Of a stretch of 64,000 nucleotides of DNA, positions 16,829-27,460 are shown piece by piece. The notes under the pieces were generated by a model. That model made no database searches and was not told the origin of the DNA. It was given only the letters and a program-made list of their open reading frames with translations. Numbering within the stretch: the first letter of the stretch is position 1; every line of letters begins with the position of its first letter. Source of the stretch: a virus; the IMG/VR virus record IMGVR_UViG_3300017963_000246; one strand, written 5' to 3'. The translations under genes were made by a program, and so were the position numbers.

Positions 16829-19028
16829 ACAATCGTTTTTGGTCGAGGTCGTAATCGCGCTCAAAAACAACGCGACGGCGGGGCTCAACGAGTTCAAACG
16901 TGGCTTTGCAAACGCCGCCAATATCCCGGCGAACTTCAATGATATGATGGGCCGCGCCGGGGTCGCGCTTGGAAACTTCACGGCACAGATACCGGCGATG
17001 GTTGGCGACCTGCTGCGTTTGGGCGTGGAATCTGAAACGACGACGCGGCGGTTCGAGCAATTTGCCGGAGGAAGCGAAAGAGCCACGGTGCTCTTGGAAG
17101 CGTTCAGGCGCGGAGCGGATGGTACGATAGACAAGCTGTCCGGGATGGAAGCCGCCGCACGCCTGCTGCAGATGGGTCTTGTGGGCAACGCAGATGAGAT
17201 GGAGAACGTGACGGCGATGGCTGTCAAGCTGGGCAACCAGACGATGTCTGCCGGCGACCGCATCGGAGACTTTGCCGCGCTCCTGGCGAACCAGTCCATC
17301 CCCAGGCTGGACAACTTCGGCATATCGTCTGGAAAGGTCCGGAAGCGTATAAATGAGCTGCTTGAAAGTGGACAGGCACTCAGCCGCGAAGACGCCTTCA
17401 AGATGGCAGTAATGGAGGAGGGGGCGAAGGCCCTGGACACGCTTGGAGACACAGCGGACCTCACGAGCGCCAAGCTGGACAAGTTGTCCGCAGGATTTCA
17501 GGACGCCAAGGTCGGCGCTGGGGAGTTCCTCCTCGAGGTGGGCGAGAACTTGCTTAACGCCCTGTTCGACACGGACAAGGGGATAGATGAACTGGCCAGC
17601 CGCCTTCGCAATTTCGGGAGCACGTTGAAGGAAACAGCGTTTCTTGGAGAGCTTTGGTGGAAGACCGCCGTCGAGATTGACCAACACGGCGGCAAGTGGG
17701 CGGAAACCCAAGAGAAGGTTGCCAGGCAAATGCTCGCTACCAGGGGAGAACTGGAAACCCAGACCGACGCGATGAAGGAGGCATTCGCGCAGTATGAGGA
17801 CCTGGACGGGATTGGCGAACAGTATCGTCGGACTATGGAAGGCGAAACTGACACGACGGCTCTGTTCACGGACGAGACGCAAACCCTCGGCCAGGAGCTC
17901 AAACGCCTTCGCATGGCGGAGCTGGGAGCAGCATCTGCGGCCACAAAGCTCGCCGAGAAGCAGGCGGAAGCCGTCAAGCAGCTCGTGGAAACGAAGCGGT
18001 TCGCCCTCGAATCGTCGATGGCGTTCACCGACTTCTTCCGCAGCTCCAAAGAGGCAGCGGAGCGACATGCGACGAGCGTCGAGGAGCTCGAACAGCAGCA
18101 CCAGGCCAAAGTCGCCGAGATAATGGAGCGGGGCAAGACCCGGTACGTGAAAATCGACGTTGAGTCTGCCCGGTTGGAAATGCGCATCCTGAAGGCGCGA
18201 CTTGAGCAAGCGCGGACGGCGCGCCAGAAGTTCGATGGGGAAACGACCGAACTTGAGCGGTTGCGCAACCGTCAGTCAATCAAAGACCTGCAGGAGAGCA
18301 TCGCGGAAAAAACGGCTGTTCTGGGACGGGCAAACAAAGGGTGGATAGCCATCGCCGGGGAGTCAACAGGCGCGATGTTGGCCCAGGAAGAGCTTGCCTA
18401 CCAGGAAGAAAAAACGGCACTGGAAGAAGCGCGCGCCGAGCAGGAGCGCATCCAGCGCGAGTCATTCGGCAGGATGATATTACAGCAGTTCACTGCGTGG
18501 GCGACGATGAAGGGTATTGCTGCGGATAGGTCCATCGAGATGCAGATATCCCTGGCGGAACGGTTCGGCCTCATCGACGAAGAGGCAGCGACGTTCGCGC
18601 GCAACATGATAACAGAGTTCGAGACGTGGGCTACCGGGACGGGGAAGAGCGCGGACGCGGTGGCCCAGAAGCTGTACGACCTGAAGTTTGGATTTGCCGA
18701 GTTCAAGAACGCGTTGGAGAACATCCCGACCGACATCGACGTCAACGTGCGACTGAACACGATAGGGGAGATTCACCAAGCCGCATCGTATGGCGGAGCG
18801 CCGGTCCCTGAACTCATGCAGCAGCACGGTGGCCAGACGATGGTCGGACCGGGGTTCGGAGGCCCGATGAGGTTCATGGCCGGCGAGGGCGCGAGCCCGG
18901 AGGTCGTCACCGTCCAGCCGATGAGCCAGGACAACCGCAGCGTGCGGTTCGGGGATGTCAACATAAACAACGGAATGGACGAGGCAATGTTAGCGGCTCT
19001 CGTTTCCCGAGCAATGGAGGATTTCTAG
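16821..19028 (+). CDS. tape measure protein
   Basis: 735 aa, GTG start behind GGAGG; long alpha-helical Ala/Glu/Leu-rich protein directly after the frameshifted chaperone. Confidence 0.85.
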   Translation: MGRQSFLVEVVIALKNNATAGLNEFKRGFANAANIPANFNDMMGRAGVALGNFTAQIPAMVGDLLRLGVESETTTRRFEQFAGGSERATVLLEAFRRGADGTIDKLSGMEAAARLLQMGLVGNADEMENVTAMAVKLGNQTMSAGDRIGDFAALLANQSIPRLDNFGISSGKVRKRINELLESGQALSREDAFKMAVMEEGAKALDTLGDTADLTSAKLDKLSAGFQDAKVGAGEFLLEVGENLLNALFDTDKGIDELASRLRNFGSTLKETAFLGELWWKTAVEIDQHGGKWAETQEKVARQMLATRGELETQTDAMKEAFAQYEDLDGIGEQYRRTMEGETDTTALFTDETQTLGQELKRLRMAELGAASAATKLAEKQAEAVKQLVETKRFALESSMAFTDFFRSSKEAAERHATSVEELEQQHQAKVAEIMERGKTRYVKIDVESARLEMRILKARLEQARTARQKFDGETTELERLRNRQSIKDLQESIAEKTAVLGRANKGWIAIAGESTGAMLAQEELAYQEEKTALEEARAEQERIQRESFGRMILQQFTAWATMKGIAADRSIEMQISLAERFGLIDEEAATFARNMITEFETWATGTGKSADAVAQKLYDLKFGFAEFKNALENIPTDIDVNVRLNTIGEIHQAASYGGAPVPELMQQHGGQTMVGPGFGGPMRFMAGEGASPEVVTVQPMSQDNRSVRFGDVNINNGMDEAMLAALVSRAMEDF

Positions 19029-21127
19029 TGGCGGAGGTACTCGAAATCAGCGACGGCACCACGACGATCAGCCTCATCACTGCGACGGGGACCGTGGGCT
19101 GGCACTTGCGCGGGTTCCGCGCCGGGTGGCTCCCTCAGGTCCCGCGATACAAGGGCGGCGGGACGTGGCAAGACAGCTCGCTTGCGACTGGGAGATACCT
19201 GGCGGACAAGAAGTTCGCGAACGTCATCGACACGTTGTTCCTGCATCTGGAAGCGTCGGACCAGGACAACGCGATCTCGACGATACGCGCCCTGCAGCAA
19301 CTGCTCGAAAAGGCCGCAGAATACTGGGTGACGGATTGGCAAGAAGAACCAGTGTGGATTCGGGCGCAGGCAGAAGACGAGACGAACTCCCGCTACGCCA
19401 TCATCTACACGGGCCTCATCCCGGAGTTCAACGACCCGTACGGGTGCAGGTTCGAAGGCGGGGTCTCCACGGCGAACGACACGTGGATGTGGAACCTCTC
19501 GCTCATCCTGGAGCACGGCCTATGGATGGCGAATGCTCCCGGTACGGGCACAGTTACAGAACTGAGTGCACTGGAAGCGTATGATGGACGGAACCTTGGA
19601 AACGTCGATAGTGGAGGCATTCGCGACCCTACGTCTGACAATGAAGTCTACATTGCAAATAAGTTCAATGAGGCGAACGTGACAGATATCTATACCTGGA
19701 GCGCTGCGAATGGATTCTCGGCAAATCTGATGGCGGCAGTCCTACCATACGACCTCGTCGACATCGTAGGCGCAGCACCGGCTGTGAACGACTATGTCGC
19801 GTTTGGCATCGACACGGGCTTGGCGGATAGCGGGCCTTTCTGCTCTTTGGTGTTCGACATCGGAACAGCTATCAGCGGTATCACGCTCACCTGGGAATAT
19901 TGGAACGGCGCGTGGGTGGCCCTTACAACACAGGATAATACTAAAAATGCAGGAGCGGGCGGTGGAGTTCCCTTCGATACGACCGGCGTCCATTCTGTGC
20001 ACTGGGAGCACGAAGCGGATTGGACCACGACCGCAGTAAACGGAGTCACTGGATATTGGGTGCGTGCAAGGGTGACTGCCGCTCCGGGTCCACATACTGC
20101 CCCGACCCAACAGAACCGTGATGTATATAGCATAACGTGGGGCTATACTGAAATCCAAGCAAACGTCATTGGCGGAGATATCTCGGCGTTAGTGAGAATA
20201 TATTTGCAGAATTGGTCGTACGGGTCAGGTGGTCCAACAGGAAATATGCGGTGCAGTCACTATGTGGTCGGAGGGCGTTCTGTCTCGCGGGGAAGCAATT
20301 TTCGCGCATATCTGAATTTCGCAGACGAGCAAAATCCTACCGGCGTTGCTGTGACAGCAGGAGTGAACTCGGCATTCCAGAATCGCATTCAGTCTCAGAC
20401 CGGGCGTGTAATACGATGGACGCGCCAGGCAGGGAGCGAAAGAATCGCAGACATCGACCTTACAAGTTCCATGGCAGCAGAATATACTGGCCGATATCGC
20501 GTGTTCCTTCGGCTATATCAGAGCGCAGGTGCTGACTATGACCTGCCAATTGAATTGCGAGTGCGAGAATATGGGACGCTAACTCCGGCCACAACGTTGG
20601 CATCGGCGACCTTTCGGGCACAACAGGATTTCGCAATCGCGGACTTTGGAACTCACGACTTTGGCTTTTCTGGATACGCTCCAACGTCGGTGCTCACACC
20701 ATTTACGCTTGACTTTGAAATCTGGAGCCAGGCAAATACGTCGGGCACGACGTATCTCATCCTATACGATCTCATCTTTATTCCAGTAGATGAATGGGCC
20801 GGAGAATTCCAGGTTGTCGTGGACACAACGGACAGCTCACAGCATGTGTCTTATGACTCTCGGCTCGTCGTGGATAGCGTCGAATATCCAAAGCGCAGTA
20901 TCCGTTCGTACGTCGAGAATATATCAGGCAGCTATATTCAATCCACGTATCTGGCGACATCGCCAGATAGTGCGCAGGTACAATCAGACGAACAGCAACG
21001 CATATGGGCCTTTGCGGGATTCAACGACAACACCGTCCTGGACGTGTATGCCTACATGCCGTATTCATGCCATTCGATTCAGGTGGCTAGGATGGAACGG
21101 TTCCTTGTGATGAGGGGGGCGACGTGA
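19028..21127 (+). CDS. minor/distal tail protein
   Basis: 699-aa ORF, GTG start overlapping the tape-measure stop; position only. Confidence 0.55.
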   Translation: MAEVLEISDGTTTISLITATGTVGWHLRGFRAGWLPQVPRYKGGGTWQDSSLATGRYLADKKFANVIDTLFLHLEASDQDNAISTIRALQQLLEKAAEYWVTDWQEEPVWIRAQAEDETNSRYAIIYTGLIPEFNDPYGCRFEGGVSTANDTWMWNLSLILEHGLWMANAPGTGTVTELSALEAYDGRNLGNVDSGGIRDPTSDNEVYIANKFNEANVTDIYTWSAANGFSANLMAAVLPYDLVDIVGAAPAVNDYVAFGIDTGLADSGPFCSLVFDIGTAISGITLTWEYWNGAWVALTTQDNTKNAGAGGGVPFDTTGVHSVHWEHEADWTTTAVNGVTGYWVRARVTAAPGPHTAPTQQNRDVYSITWGYTEIQANVIGGDISALVRIYLQNWSYGSGGPTGNMRCSHYVVGGRSVSRGSNFRAYLNFADEQNPTGVAVTAGVNSAFQNRIQSQTGRVIRWTRQAGSERIADIDLTSSMAAEYTGRYRVFLRLYQSAGADYDLPIELRVREYGTLTPATTLASATFRAQQDFAIADFGTHDFGFSGYAPTSVLTPFTLDFEIWSQANTSGTTYLILYDLIFIPVDEWAGEFQVVVDTTDSSQHVSYDSRLVVDSVEYPKRSIRSYVENISGSYIQSTYLATSPDSAQVQSDEQQRIWAFAGFNDNTVLDVYAYMPYSCHSIQVARMERFLVMRGAT

Positions 21128-22302
21128 GCTTTGCGCAACAGACGGGCATCTCAATTGCACTGTTTCGACCAAGCATAGACGCAGGAACCAGTTATGATCC
21201 GCGAGGCACCCTTGTCAGAGAGGACCTCGGAACACGCGTAGAAATGTATGAGCATACTCTGTCGGTCAATAATGGATACTTTCGAGCGCGATTTGTCATC
21301 AAGGACGATGTTCTTGAACTTGAACGCTGGATGGACCGAATTGGATACCATGTTGAAGTCAGCGGCTCCGGACTCGACCTCATATGGGAAGGCTTCGTCA
21401 ACCGCATCGCTCTGAACATTGGGCCAGTATCGTTCACTCGAGGGCCTTTGACAGACGTTGGCAACAAGGTGGCCGTCGTGTATTCCGAGCTTGACACGAC
21501 GGCAGACGAGCCGGTCTTCGGAATGCGCCAGAAATCACCATATGTTGAGGATTCGACGAGCCAAGATACCTATGGGGTCATTGAAAAAATCATCTCTGTC
21601 GGAGGTGCTCGCCCAGTAAACGCGCGGCAGGTCCGCGACACTTGGCTGACGGAGAATGCGGAGCCGATGACGACCCAGGAGTTCAATAACCAAGCGCACG
21701 CAGAGCCTTCCGTGACGGTCGAATGCGTCGGGTATTGGTGGTTTTTGAAAGCGTTTACATGGAACCAGATAGCCAATAGTGGAACACGCGGCATCAGTGA
21801 CCAAGTCCAAGATGTTTTGGCAGGCGACCCGAATGGTCTATTTTCCACCGATTACTCGCAGATAGAATCGAACACGTTGGCAATCAAGCGATATACAGAC
21901 GAGGATAACACAGCCTGGGATTGGCTCATTGGCCTAGTGGCTCACGGAGACGTGAACGATAACAGATACATATTTGGGATCTATGCCAATAGAAGGGCTG
22001 TCTACGCACAACAAGAGAGCAGCATCGAATACGTGCAACGCCTCTCCGAAGCACGATATCAAGTGGACACGCTTCGCGGGATAGAAGTCAAGCCTTGGAA
22101 CGTCGTGCCGGCGAAGTGGTTGTTCTATCCAGATTTTCTTAGGGGAGAAGTCATCCATACTACGATGAGACTCGATCCTCGATATGAATTCATCGAACAG
22201 GTGATATATACTGCTCCAGAAGGACTTAGGCATTACGGCGGTCGCTCTGACACTTTGCCTCAAAAGCTCGCAAAATTGGGACTAGGAGGAAGTGCTGTAT
22301 GA
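21124..22302 (+). CDS. minor tail / baseplate-like protein
   Basis: 392-aa ORF, GTGA overlap; position only. Confidence 0.55.
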   Translation: MSFAQQTGISIALFRPSIDAGTSYDPRGTLVREDLGTRVEMYEHTLSVNNGYFRARFVIKDDVLELERWMDRIGYHVEVSGSGLDLIWEGFVNRIALNIGPVSFTRGPLTDVGNKVAVVYSELDTTADEPVFGMRQKSPYVEDSTSQDTYGVIEKIISVGGARPVNARQVRDTWLTENAEPMTTQEFNNQAHAEPSVTVECVGYWWFLKAFTWNQIANSGTRGISDQVQDVLAGDPNGLFSTDYSQIESNTLAIKRYTDEDNTAWDWLIGLVAHGDVNDNRYIFGIYANRRAVYAQQESSIEYVQRLSEARYQVDTLRGIEVKPWNVVPAKWLFYPDFLRGEVIHTTMRLDPRYEFIEQVIYTAPEGLRHYGGRSDTLPQKLAKLGLGGSAV

Positions 22303-23087
22303 CCATGCAACGACGAAACGACGAATTGATGAACAACCTGCGAGCCGACTTCCAAGGACGCTATGAACCCAATTTCGCCTGGAAATCTGCGACTTCTTCT
22401 ATGCTGGTCATCCCTGGATTACGCGGTTGCTGGCCCATGAATGCCTTTGACCCGACAACGGCATTGGACCCAAGCGGAAATGCTAGACACCTGACCTTGG
22501 CCGGGAATTGTGTATATGACTATGAAAATCTGTATCCATTCATCACCATGCAAGGAACAAATGACTGGTTGACCCGAACGGATGAAGCAGCCCTCGATAT
22601 TCTTGGCACGGAAGTTTATGTCGCTACTTCCGTACGCGGACTTTCGATGGGAGGATGGTTCAGGCCGGGAAGGGCAGCAACGCAAGAGGACCTGATGACA
22701 AAGTGGGCGGCTGCGCCGCAACAGTCATGGTATCTGCGCAAGTTGGCAGCAAATACGATACAGTTCCAGGTCCAGGACGGGGCGGCTGCTAATTTCTCCG
22801 TCACATCCACGGAAACGGTCTCCGCAGATACCTGGTACCATATTGCCGGAACCTTCTTCGCAAATGCTTCCATTGAAGTTTACGTGAACTCCATCCAGGC
22901 ACAGAACGTTGCTGCGCCAGTCGCGTCAGTAAGAAATAGCACCGCAGATTTTCGCATCGGGGCGAACGGAGCTGGTGCAAATGATTATCAGGGAGACGTG
23001 TCCATGTGTTGGCTCAGTGCGATGGCACTAAGTGAAAGTATAGTAACCGCTCACTATCAGCAGACGCGCGCGATGTACGGAGTGTGA
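22299..23087 (+). CDS. LamG-domain tail protein
   Basis: LSMGGWFRPGR ... DTWYHIAGTF ... VYVNS pattern of LamG/concanavalin-like domains; ATGA overlap. Confidence 0.6.
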   Translation: MTMQRRNDELMNNLRADFQGRYEPNFAWKSATSSMLVIPGLRGCWPMNAFDPTTALDPSGNARHLTLAGNCVYDYENLYPFITMQGTNDWLTRTDEAALDILGTEVYVATSVRGLSMGGWFRPGRAATQEDLMTKWAAAPQQSWYLRKLAANTIQFQVQDGAAANFSVTSTETVSADTWYHIAGTFFANASIEVYVNSIQAQNVAAPVASVRNSTADFRIGANGAGANDYQGDVSMCWLSAMALSESIVTAHYQQTRAMYGV

Positions 23088-23088
23088 C

Positions 23089-23529
23089 ATGGCACAGTTC
23101 ACGGTGGACATAACGGCAGTGGTGCGGAACGGACAATTGGCGATTCGGGTGCAGCGCGGCGACCAGTTCGTTGAGAGCGTGCTGCCACTGGGCGAGGTGG
23201 TAGACCCGCTCTCCGCGGTTGAGTGGGCGGTGAACCGCACGATGGACGACGAAGCCGTGGCGACGGCGGTGCAGAAACGGGTGACGTTCTCCGCGACGCA
23301 GCAGCCGGACGGGACGTGGGCGGTCGACTCGGTCGACTCCGTGGAGACGCTGCCGGCCGACGTCGGAAGGAACGGACTTGCGACGCTTCCGGGTTGGGCG
23401 TCGTGGTCCGCGCAGGAGGCTGCGAACTGGATTGACGGGAGCGTGACGGACCTGACCAGCGCGAAGGCTGCGCTGCAGGCAATGGCGAAGGCGATAGTGT
23501 ATCTCAGGAAGGCAGTCGTGGGGAGGTAG
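23089..23529 (+). CDS. hypothetical protein
   Basis: 146-aa ORF in the late gene chain. Confidence 0.6.
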   Translation: MAQFTVDITAVVRNGQLAIRVQRGDQFVESVLPLGEVVDPLSAVEWAVNRTMDDEAVATAVQKRVTFSATQQPDGTWAVDSVDSVETLPADVGRNGLATLPGWASWSAQEAANWIDGSVTDLTSAKAALQAMAKAIVYLRKAVVGR

Positions 23530-23530
23530 G

Positions 23531-24289
23531 ATGGGATTCGAGAACGGTGGGTTCGAGGGCGAGTATTACATGGACGGAGCGCCAGAGGTTTTTGTCGCGC
23601 CGTTCTGGAAGGCATTCTATTCCGAGAACGGAACGACTCCGGAGGGGCACGGGCCGACGGTCCGGCCGGAGTTCAAGAAATTGCCAGCCAGCGTCGACCC
23701 CAGGCGCGTACGGGAGGGCGAGGCAGCGCAGTGCTGGTTCACGGTGTGGAACAACCACGACGCCGGGGTGATGCAGGCGTTCACGGTCCCGGAGGGCAAC
23801 AAGGTCACGTTCCGCGCGTGGCTGCACTGCTGGTGCTCCGACAGCAACGACCCGACCGCGGACGACGGGGAGATGTACGGTTCGGTTGGTCTTGACCCGC
23901 AGGGCGGCTGGAATCCGTGGGACGTGCGCGTGAAGTGGAAGCCGTGGACCAGGTTGACTGCGGAGTGGCAGAAGTTGGCGGTGACCACCGTCCCGACCGG
24001 GCCTGTGACGACTGCGTTCGTGCGCACATGGAACAAGTACAAATTGGCCCATAACGACGCGTACCTCGACGAGGCATCCATCGTTCTGACTCCCATCGAG
24101 CCTCCTCCGACCGGGGACTGCCGCTACGACCCCAAGGACATCGCCAACGCCGTCGGCCTCATCGAGTCCAGGCTGGACATGCTCCAGACGGCCGTGATGG
24201 CGCACGTAGACCAGAAGCTGGCAGCCCATCTAGCAGCAGTTCGGCAGCTCATCGACAAGCGGAACCCTGTCATCTGGCCGAAGGAATGA
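23531..24289 (+). CDS. hypothetical protein
   Basis: 252-aa ORF with GGGAGG SD; Trp-rich beta-type sequence; no catalytic motif recognised. Confidence 0.6.
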   Translation: MGFENGGFEGEYYMDGAPEVFVAPFWKAFYSENGTTPEGHGPTVRPEFKKLPASVDPRRVREGEAAQCWFTVWNNHDAGVMQAFTVPEGNKVTFRAWLHCWCSDSNDPTADDGEMYGSVGLDPQGGWNPWDVRVKWKPWTRLTAEWQKLAVTTVPTGPVTTAFVRTWNKYKLAHNDAYLDEASIVLTPIEPPPTGDCRYDPKDIANAVGLIESRLDMLQTAVMAHVDQKLAAHLAAVRQLIDKRNPVIWPKE

Positions 24290-24290
24290 C

Positions 24291-24875
24291 GTGGAGGCCA
24301 TAAGAGAATTCGTCTCGAATCCGGGCTTCTGGTCGCTTGTCGGGGTCGTGGTGTTCATCGTCTGGCAGAAGTGGGACAGCATCATCGCGTTCCTGAAGGG
24401 CAAGCAGGCACACGCGCAGGAGCTCGAACGGGAGGAGCACGAGTCGGACATCGCGTTCGAGCGCGAGCTCAAGGCGAAGACGCTCCGCAACGGGGAGTGG
24501 AGCAAGGAGCTCGTCGACCAGTTCTTGACGCTGCTGCGCCAGTCGGAGCAAGAGCGACAATCGGCGACGAAGCAGTTGGTCGAACAGTCGGCGGCGTCCG
24601 CCAGGCAGGTAGAGAACATCACGCAGCAGGCCCTGGACCGGATGAAGGAGATGGTCGAGGTCGTCCGGCTGCAGGGCGACAGGAACGACGCGCGCGACCG
24701 CCAGGTGATACGGGCCATCGAGGCGTCGACGGCGCAGGGCGGGAAAATCGAGGGGCTCCTGTCGGCTCTGTGGTACGTGCTGGTCCAGGGTTACAAAGCG
24801 AAGTCGCCGGAGGGGGCCAGGGCGCTGGTAGAACACGCGGAGAAGGCGGATGCTGGAGAAGAAGGAGACGGCTGA
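24291..24875 (+). CDS. membrane-anchored coiled-coil protein
   Basis: GTG start; N-terminal TM (FWSLVGVVVFIVW) followed by a charged helical region. Confidence 0.55.
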   Translation: MEAIREFVSNPGFWSLVGVVVFIVWQKWDSIIAFLKGKQAHAQELEREEHESDIAFERELKAKTLRNGEWSKELVDQFLTLLRQSEQERQSATKQLVEQSAASARQVENITQQALDRMKEMVEVVRLQGDRNDARDRQVIRAIEASTAQGGKIEGLLSALWYVLVQGYKAKSPEGARALVEHAEKADAGEEGDG

Positions 24876-25221
24876 GGTCGTCAAGGATTTTCTGTTCGAG
24901 ATACTGGAGAACTTGCCGGAGGAACTCGCGCTGCGTCTCCGCGCCCTCGAACGAAGCTGGCACACGCTGTCGGAAGAGCTGGAAGGCATCCGGCAGCGAG
25001 CCTCCCCTCTCGGCGACAGGGCGGACACCGACGAAGAGCGGCAGCGGTGCAGGCGAATGTCTCGCTCCCTGCTGAGGCTCCGGCAGGAGCTCAACTACCA
25101 GAAGACGGCCATCGTCAACCTGTTGGATTGCTTGACGAAGCTGACGGTCGTCGCTCCGCTCATTGAGGAGTTGAAGGGTCTATTGGCGGACCCTGACGTT
25201 TGTGATGGGGAGGAAACATGA
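24850..25221 (+). CDS. hypothetical coiled-coil protein
   Basis: 123-aa ORF in the late chain. Confidence 0.5.
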   Translation: MLEKKETAEVVKDFLFEILENLPEELALRLRALERSWHTLSEELEGIRQRASPLGDRADTDEERQRCRRMSRSLLRLRQELNYQKTAIVNLLDCLTKLTVVAPLIEELKGLLADPDVCDGEET

Positions 25222-25505
25222 GCGTGCTTGGAGTCGGGCTGTGCGGTTCCGACGGTCAGGTGCTCGTGGCGGACGAGCGGATGGAGGCCGCTTTTGACGG
25301 CGCGAAGGGACGCTCGCTGCTGGAGTTCTACGAGGCAGCGAACAGGGAGACCGTGTGCACCCTGCTGGAGGTCGCGAAGTCGATGGGCACCGTCCGGTGC
25401 AACACCATGCGTCTGGCGGGCATCGGACCGGCGTGGACCACGTTGGTCCACAAAGTGAGCCGGGGATTCGAGGGATTCCTGGTCGTACTCGAAAAGGGAG
25501 GTTAG
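25218..25505 (+). CDS. hypothetical protein
   Basis: 95-aa ORF, GGGGAGG SD, ATGA overlap. Confidence 0.5.
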   Translation: MSVLGVGLCGSDGQVLVADERMEAAFDGAKGRSLLEFYEAANRETVCTLLEVAKSMGTVRCNTMRLAGIGPAWTTLVHKVSRGFEGFLVVLEKGG

Positions 25506-25721
25506 ATGTTCAACACGAAAGAGTTCTGGATCGCGGTGGTCGACCTGGTGGTGAGCGTGGCGCTGTATTTCGGGGCGAAATACCTGGCTCCGGAGGCGTT
25601 CGAGGACGTCAAATTCCTCATCGGCGTCTTGCAGCCGTTCGTCATCATGATCATCGGCGTCCTGGTGACTGCCAAGGTCATCGCGGGAGTGGCGGCGCTT
25701 ACGGCGGCCATTCGAAAGTAG
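25506..25721 (+). CDS. holin-like small membrane protein
   Basis: 71 aa with 2-3 hydrophobic helices (FWIAVVDLVVSVALYF, FLIGVLQPFVIMIIGVLV, VIAGVAALTAAI); last gene of the + block; GGGAGG SD. Confidence 0.45.
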   Translation: MFNTKEFWIAVVDLVVSVALYFGAKYLAPEAFEDVKFLIGVLQPFVIMIIGVLVTAKVIAGVAALTAAIRK

Positions 25722-25727
25722 GGACGT

Positions 25728-25753
25728 GGGGGAGGGCAACGAGGCCCTCCCCC
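25728..25753. terminator. GC-rich hairpin between convergent late and early blocks
   Basis: GGGGGAGGGC-aacgag-GCCCTCCCCC, a perfect 10-bp stem between stop 25721 (+) and stop 25771 (-); no strong U-tract. Confidence 0.5.
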
Positions 25754-25770
25754 TGCTTCCCCCCTGGAGC

Positions 25771-27441
25771 CTAGATTTCTCCGCGGACGAACCCGGAGAT
25801 GGTGTTCGGCGTAGCCGTACTGTACCCTACCACATCGAGCATCCCTGGGTCGGTTGGGTCGCTGATGGAGAATCCGTTGCTCGTCATCCCCACGACAACG
25901 AGCTTGGCGTCGATTCCGGTTTTTTCCCGATACAGTTGCACGGCTTGACATGGGTGCATCTCGGGATTCGCCCACGTCTCGGAATCAGTGTAAATCAAAA
26001 ACGCGTCGACGTCCCAGCCCTTCTCCAGGGCGTAGAGCATCGGCAGCGCGCAGTCTGTCCCCCCGAAAGGCATCCCGTCGGTCAGCGCGACCACGTCGTC
26101 GAGGCGCTGCCTCTTGGACAGCGGAAGAACAGAGATGCCGTCCTTCCCGCCATATCCCCAGCGGCTCCTGCCCTTCTTCGCCATCGCGCCCTCCCCTGCG
26201 CACGAGAACGCGGTCGTGAACACCTTGTCCTCCGTCCGAAGCGCGACCATCGCCATCGCGGCCGAGCCGGCCCGCGGCGTGACGCCGGTCATCCCGGCGA
26301 CCTCTCCATTGGACATCGACCCAGACACGTCGAGCGCGAGCATCATCCGTTTCCCCGCAGGTTCCACGTTCTGGAACGACAAGTAGAACGCCTCGTCCAG
26401 CGCGTCGACAATACCTGTGATGGGGTCCCAGGAAAGCGAACCGCGAAACCCGTGTCCCTGCTCGTAAGTCTTCATCGCGACCAGGACGGACAGGGGATGG
26501 ACGCGGGCCTTGGCAAGGCGCTCTGGATCGAGCAGCCGCATGCACACAACGTCCGTGTCGGCGCTCAGCGGTTTCAAGAGACCGATCTGGGTCATCTTCC
26601 CCAAGTTGCGAAGCATCGCCGTCATCGGCATCTTGTCCAACAGCGCGGACCACACGACCTCGCTTTTCAGATGCTCGGTCGGTACCATCTCCCTGGTCAA
26701 CCTGTATAGGCTGATGGCTTCAGCGACGTCAACCGACGTGGCCTCCCGCTTCAGAGATTCGAACGCGTTGATTTGGGCAAGGTGCGCAGGCGGGTCGGTC
26801 AAGATGGTGCCTTCCCATCCGTTCACGGCCCAGTTGTACAGATCGTTGTGCGGACCGTCAACCGGGTTCACGTGTGCCTTGCGCAAGACGTCTCTGTGGG
26901 ACCAGCCGTCCCGGCTCTGGTACTTTAGCAACTGGTAGGCGAGTCGGTCGGCCGGCTTATCGTTGTACCAATGCGCAAACGCCTCCCGCAACCCGCGTCC
27001 CCAGCCACGGAATCCCTGCACGAACTCCGCGAAGTGGAACAAGTGCGTGCCGATTCGCGCGACTTTCGGGAGAGCCGCGTATGCCAGATTGCGTGTCTCG
27101 TTGTCATCTGCCGCGGCGGCCATCGCCAGCGCGAACAGCGCGGGGTCGTTCTTCGGCGCGCGGCCGGCTAGGGATATTTCAACGATACGCTCAACTGTCC
27201 TAGCTCCGTCTTCCTTTAGGCATTCCGCCACGGCCTCGGCGTTCTCCCTGGTCAATTCCCGCGCGGTGGCGTAGTACGTGTTCGCGGACGAACCCAGGAC
27301 GAGGAATCGGTCAAGGCGCTTCCAGCAGTCAAGCCCGAATACGAACCCGCCGGCGCGGCCTTTCACCATCGCCTTGCCAGGGATGGGCTCCGACTGGGGA
27401 GTCTTACGGGTCTGATAGAGGTTCTTGTAGTTCCAGGACAT
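25771..27441 (-). CDS. rsr: Ro60-related protein (Rsr): TROVE domain + vWA domain
   Basis: ATG 27441 behind AAAGGAGAA. N-terminus FGLDCWKRLDRFLVLGSSANTYYA and LAGRAPKNDPALFALA (TROVE-like). C-terminal vWA with MIDAS LDVSGSM, FGGTDCALP, FLIYTDSETW and GMLDVVGYSTATPNTISGFVRGEI tail, as in bacterial Rsr. Confidence 0.9.
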   Translation of the reverse strand: MSWNYKNLYQTRKTPQSEPIPGKAMVKGRAGGFVFGLDCWKRLDRFLVLGSSANTYYATARELTRENAEAVAECLKEDGARTVERIVEISLAGRAPKNDPALFALAMAAAADDNETRNLAYAALPKVARIGTHLFHFAEFVQGFRGWGRGLREAFAHWYNDKPADRLAYQLLKYQSRDGWSHRDVLRKAHVNPVDGPHNDLYNWAVNGWEGTILTDPPAHLAQINAFESLKREATSVDVAEAISLYRLTREMVPTEHLKSEVVWSALLDKMPMTAMLRNLGKMTQIGLLKPLSADTDVVCMRLLDPERLAKARVHPLSVLVAMKTYEQGHGFRGSLSWDPITGIVDALDEAFYLSFQNVEPAGKRMMLALDVSGSMSNGEVAGMTGVTPRAGSAAMAMVALRTEDKVFTTAFSCAGEGAMAKKGRSRWGYGGKDGISVLPLSKRQRLDDVVALTDGMPFGGTDCALPMLYALEKGWDVDAFLIYTDSETWANPEMHPCQAVQLYREKTGIDAKLVVVGMTSNGFSISDPTDPGMLDVVGYSTATPNTISGFVRGEI

Positions 27442-27460
27442 TTCGATTCTCCTTTCCGAA

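Noticed and set aside
16605-18209. 534-aa minus-strand ORF opposite the tape measure gene
   Set aside because: Shadow ORF typical of GC-rich DNA: Arg/Leu/Gly-rich low-complexity translation, entirely antisense to a well-supported structural gene, and no SD or promoter.
23531-24289. Endolysin assignment for the 252-aa ORF upstream of the holin-like genes
   Set aside because: No lysozyme, amidase or peptidase catalytic motif was recognised. Its position alone is insufficient.
25726-26709. 327-aa plus-strand ORF antisense to rsr
   Set aside because: The rsr frame has clear TROVE/vWA motifs; the antisense translation is low-complexity.
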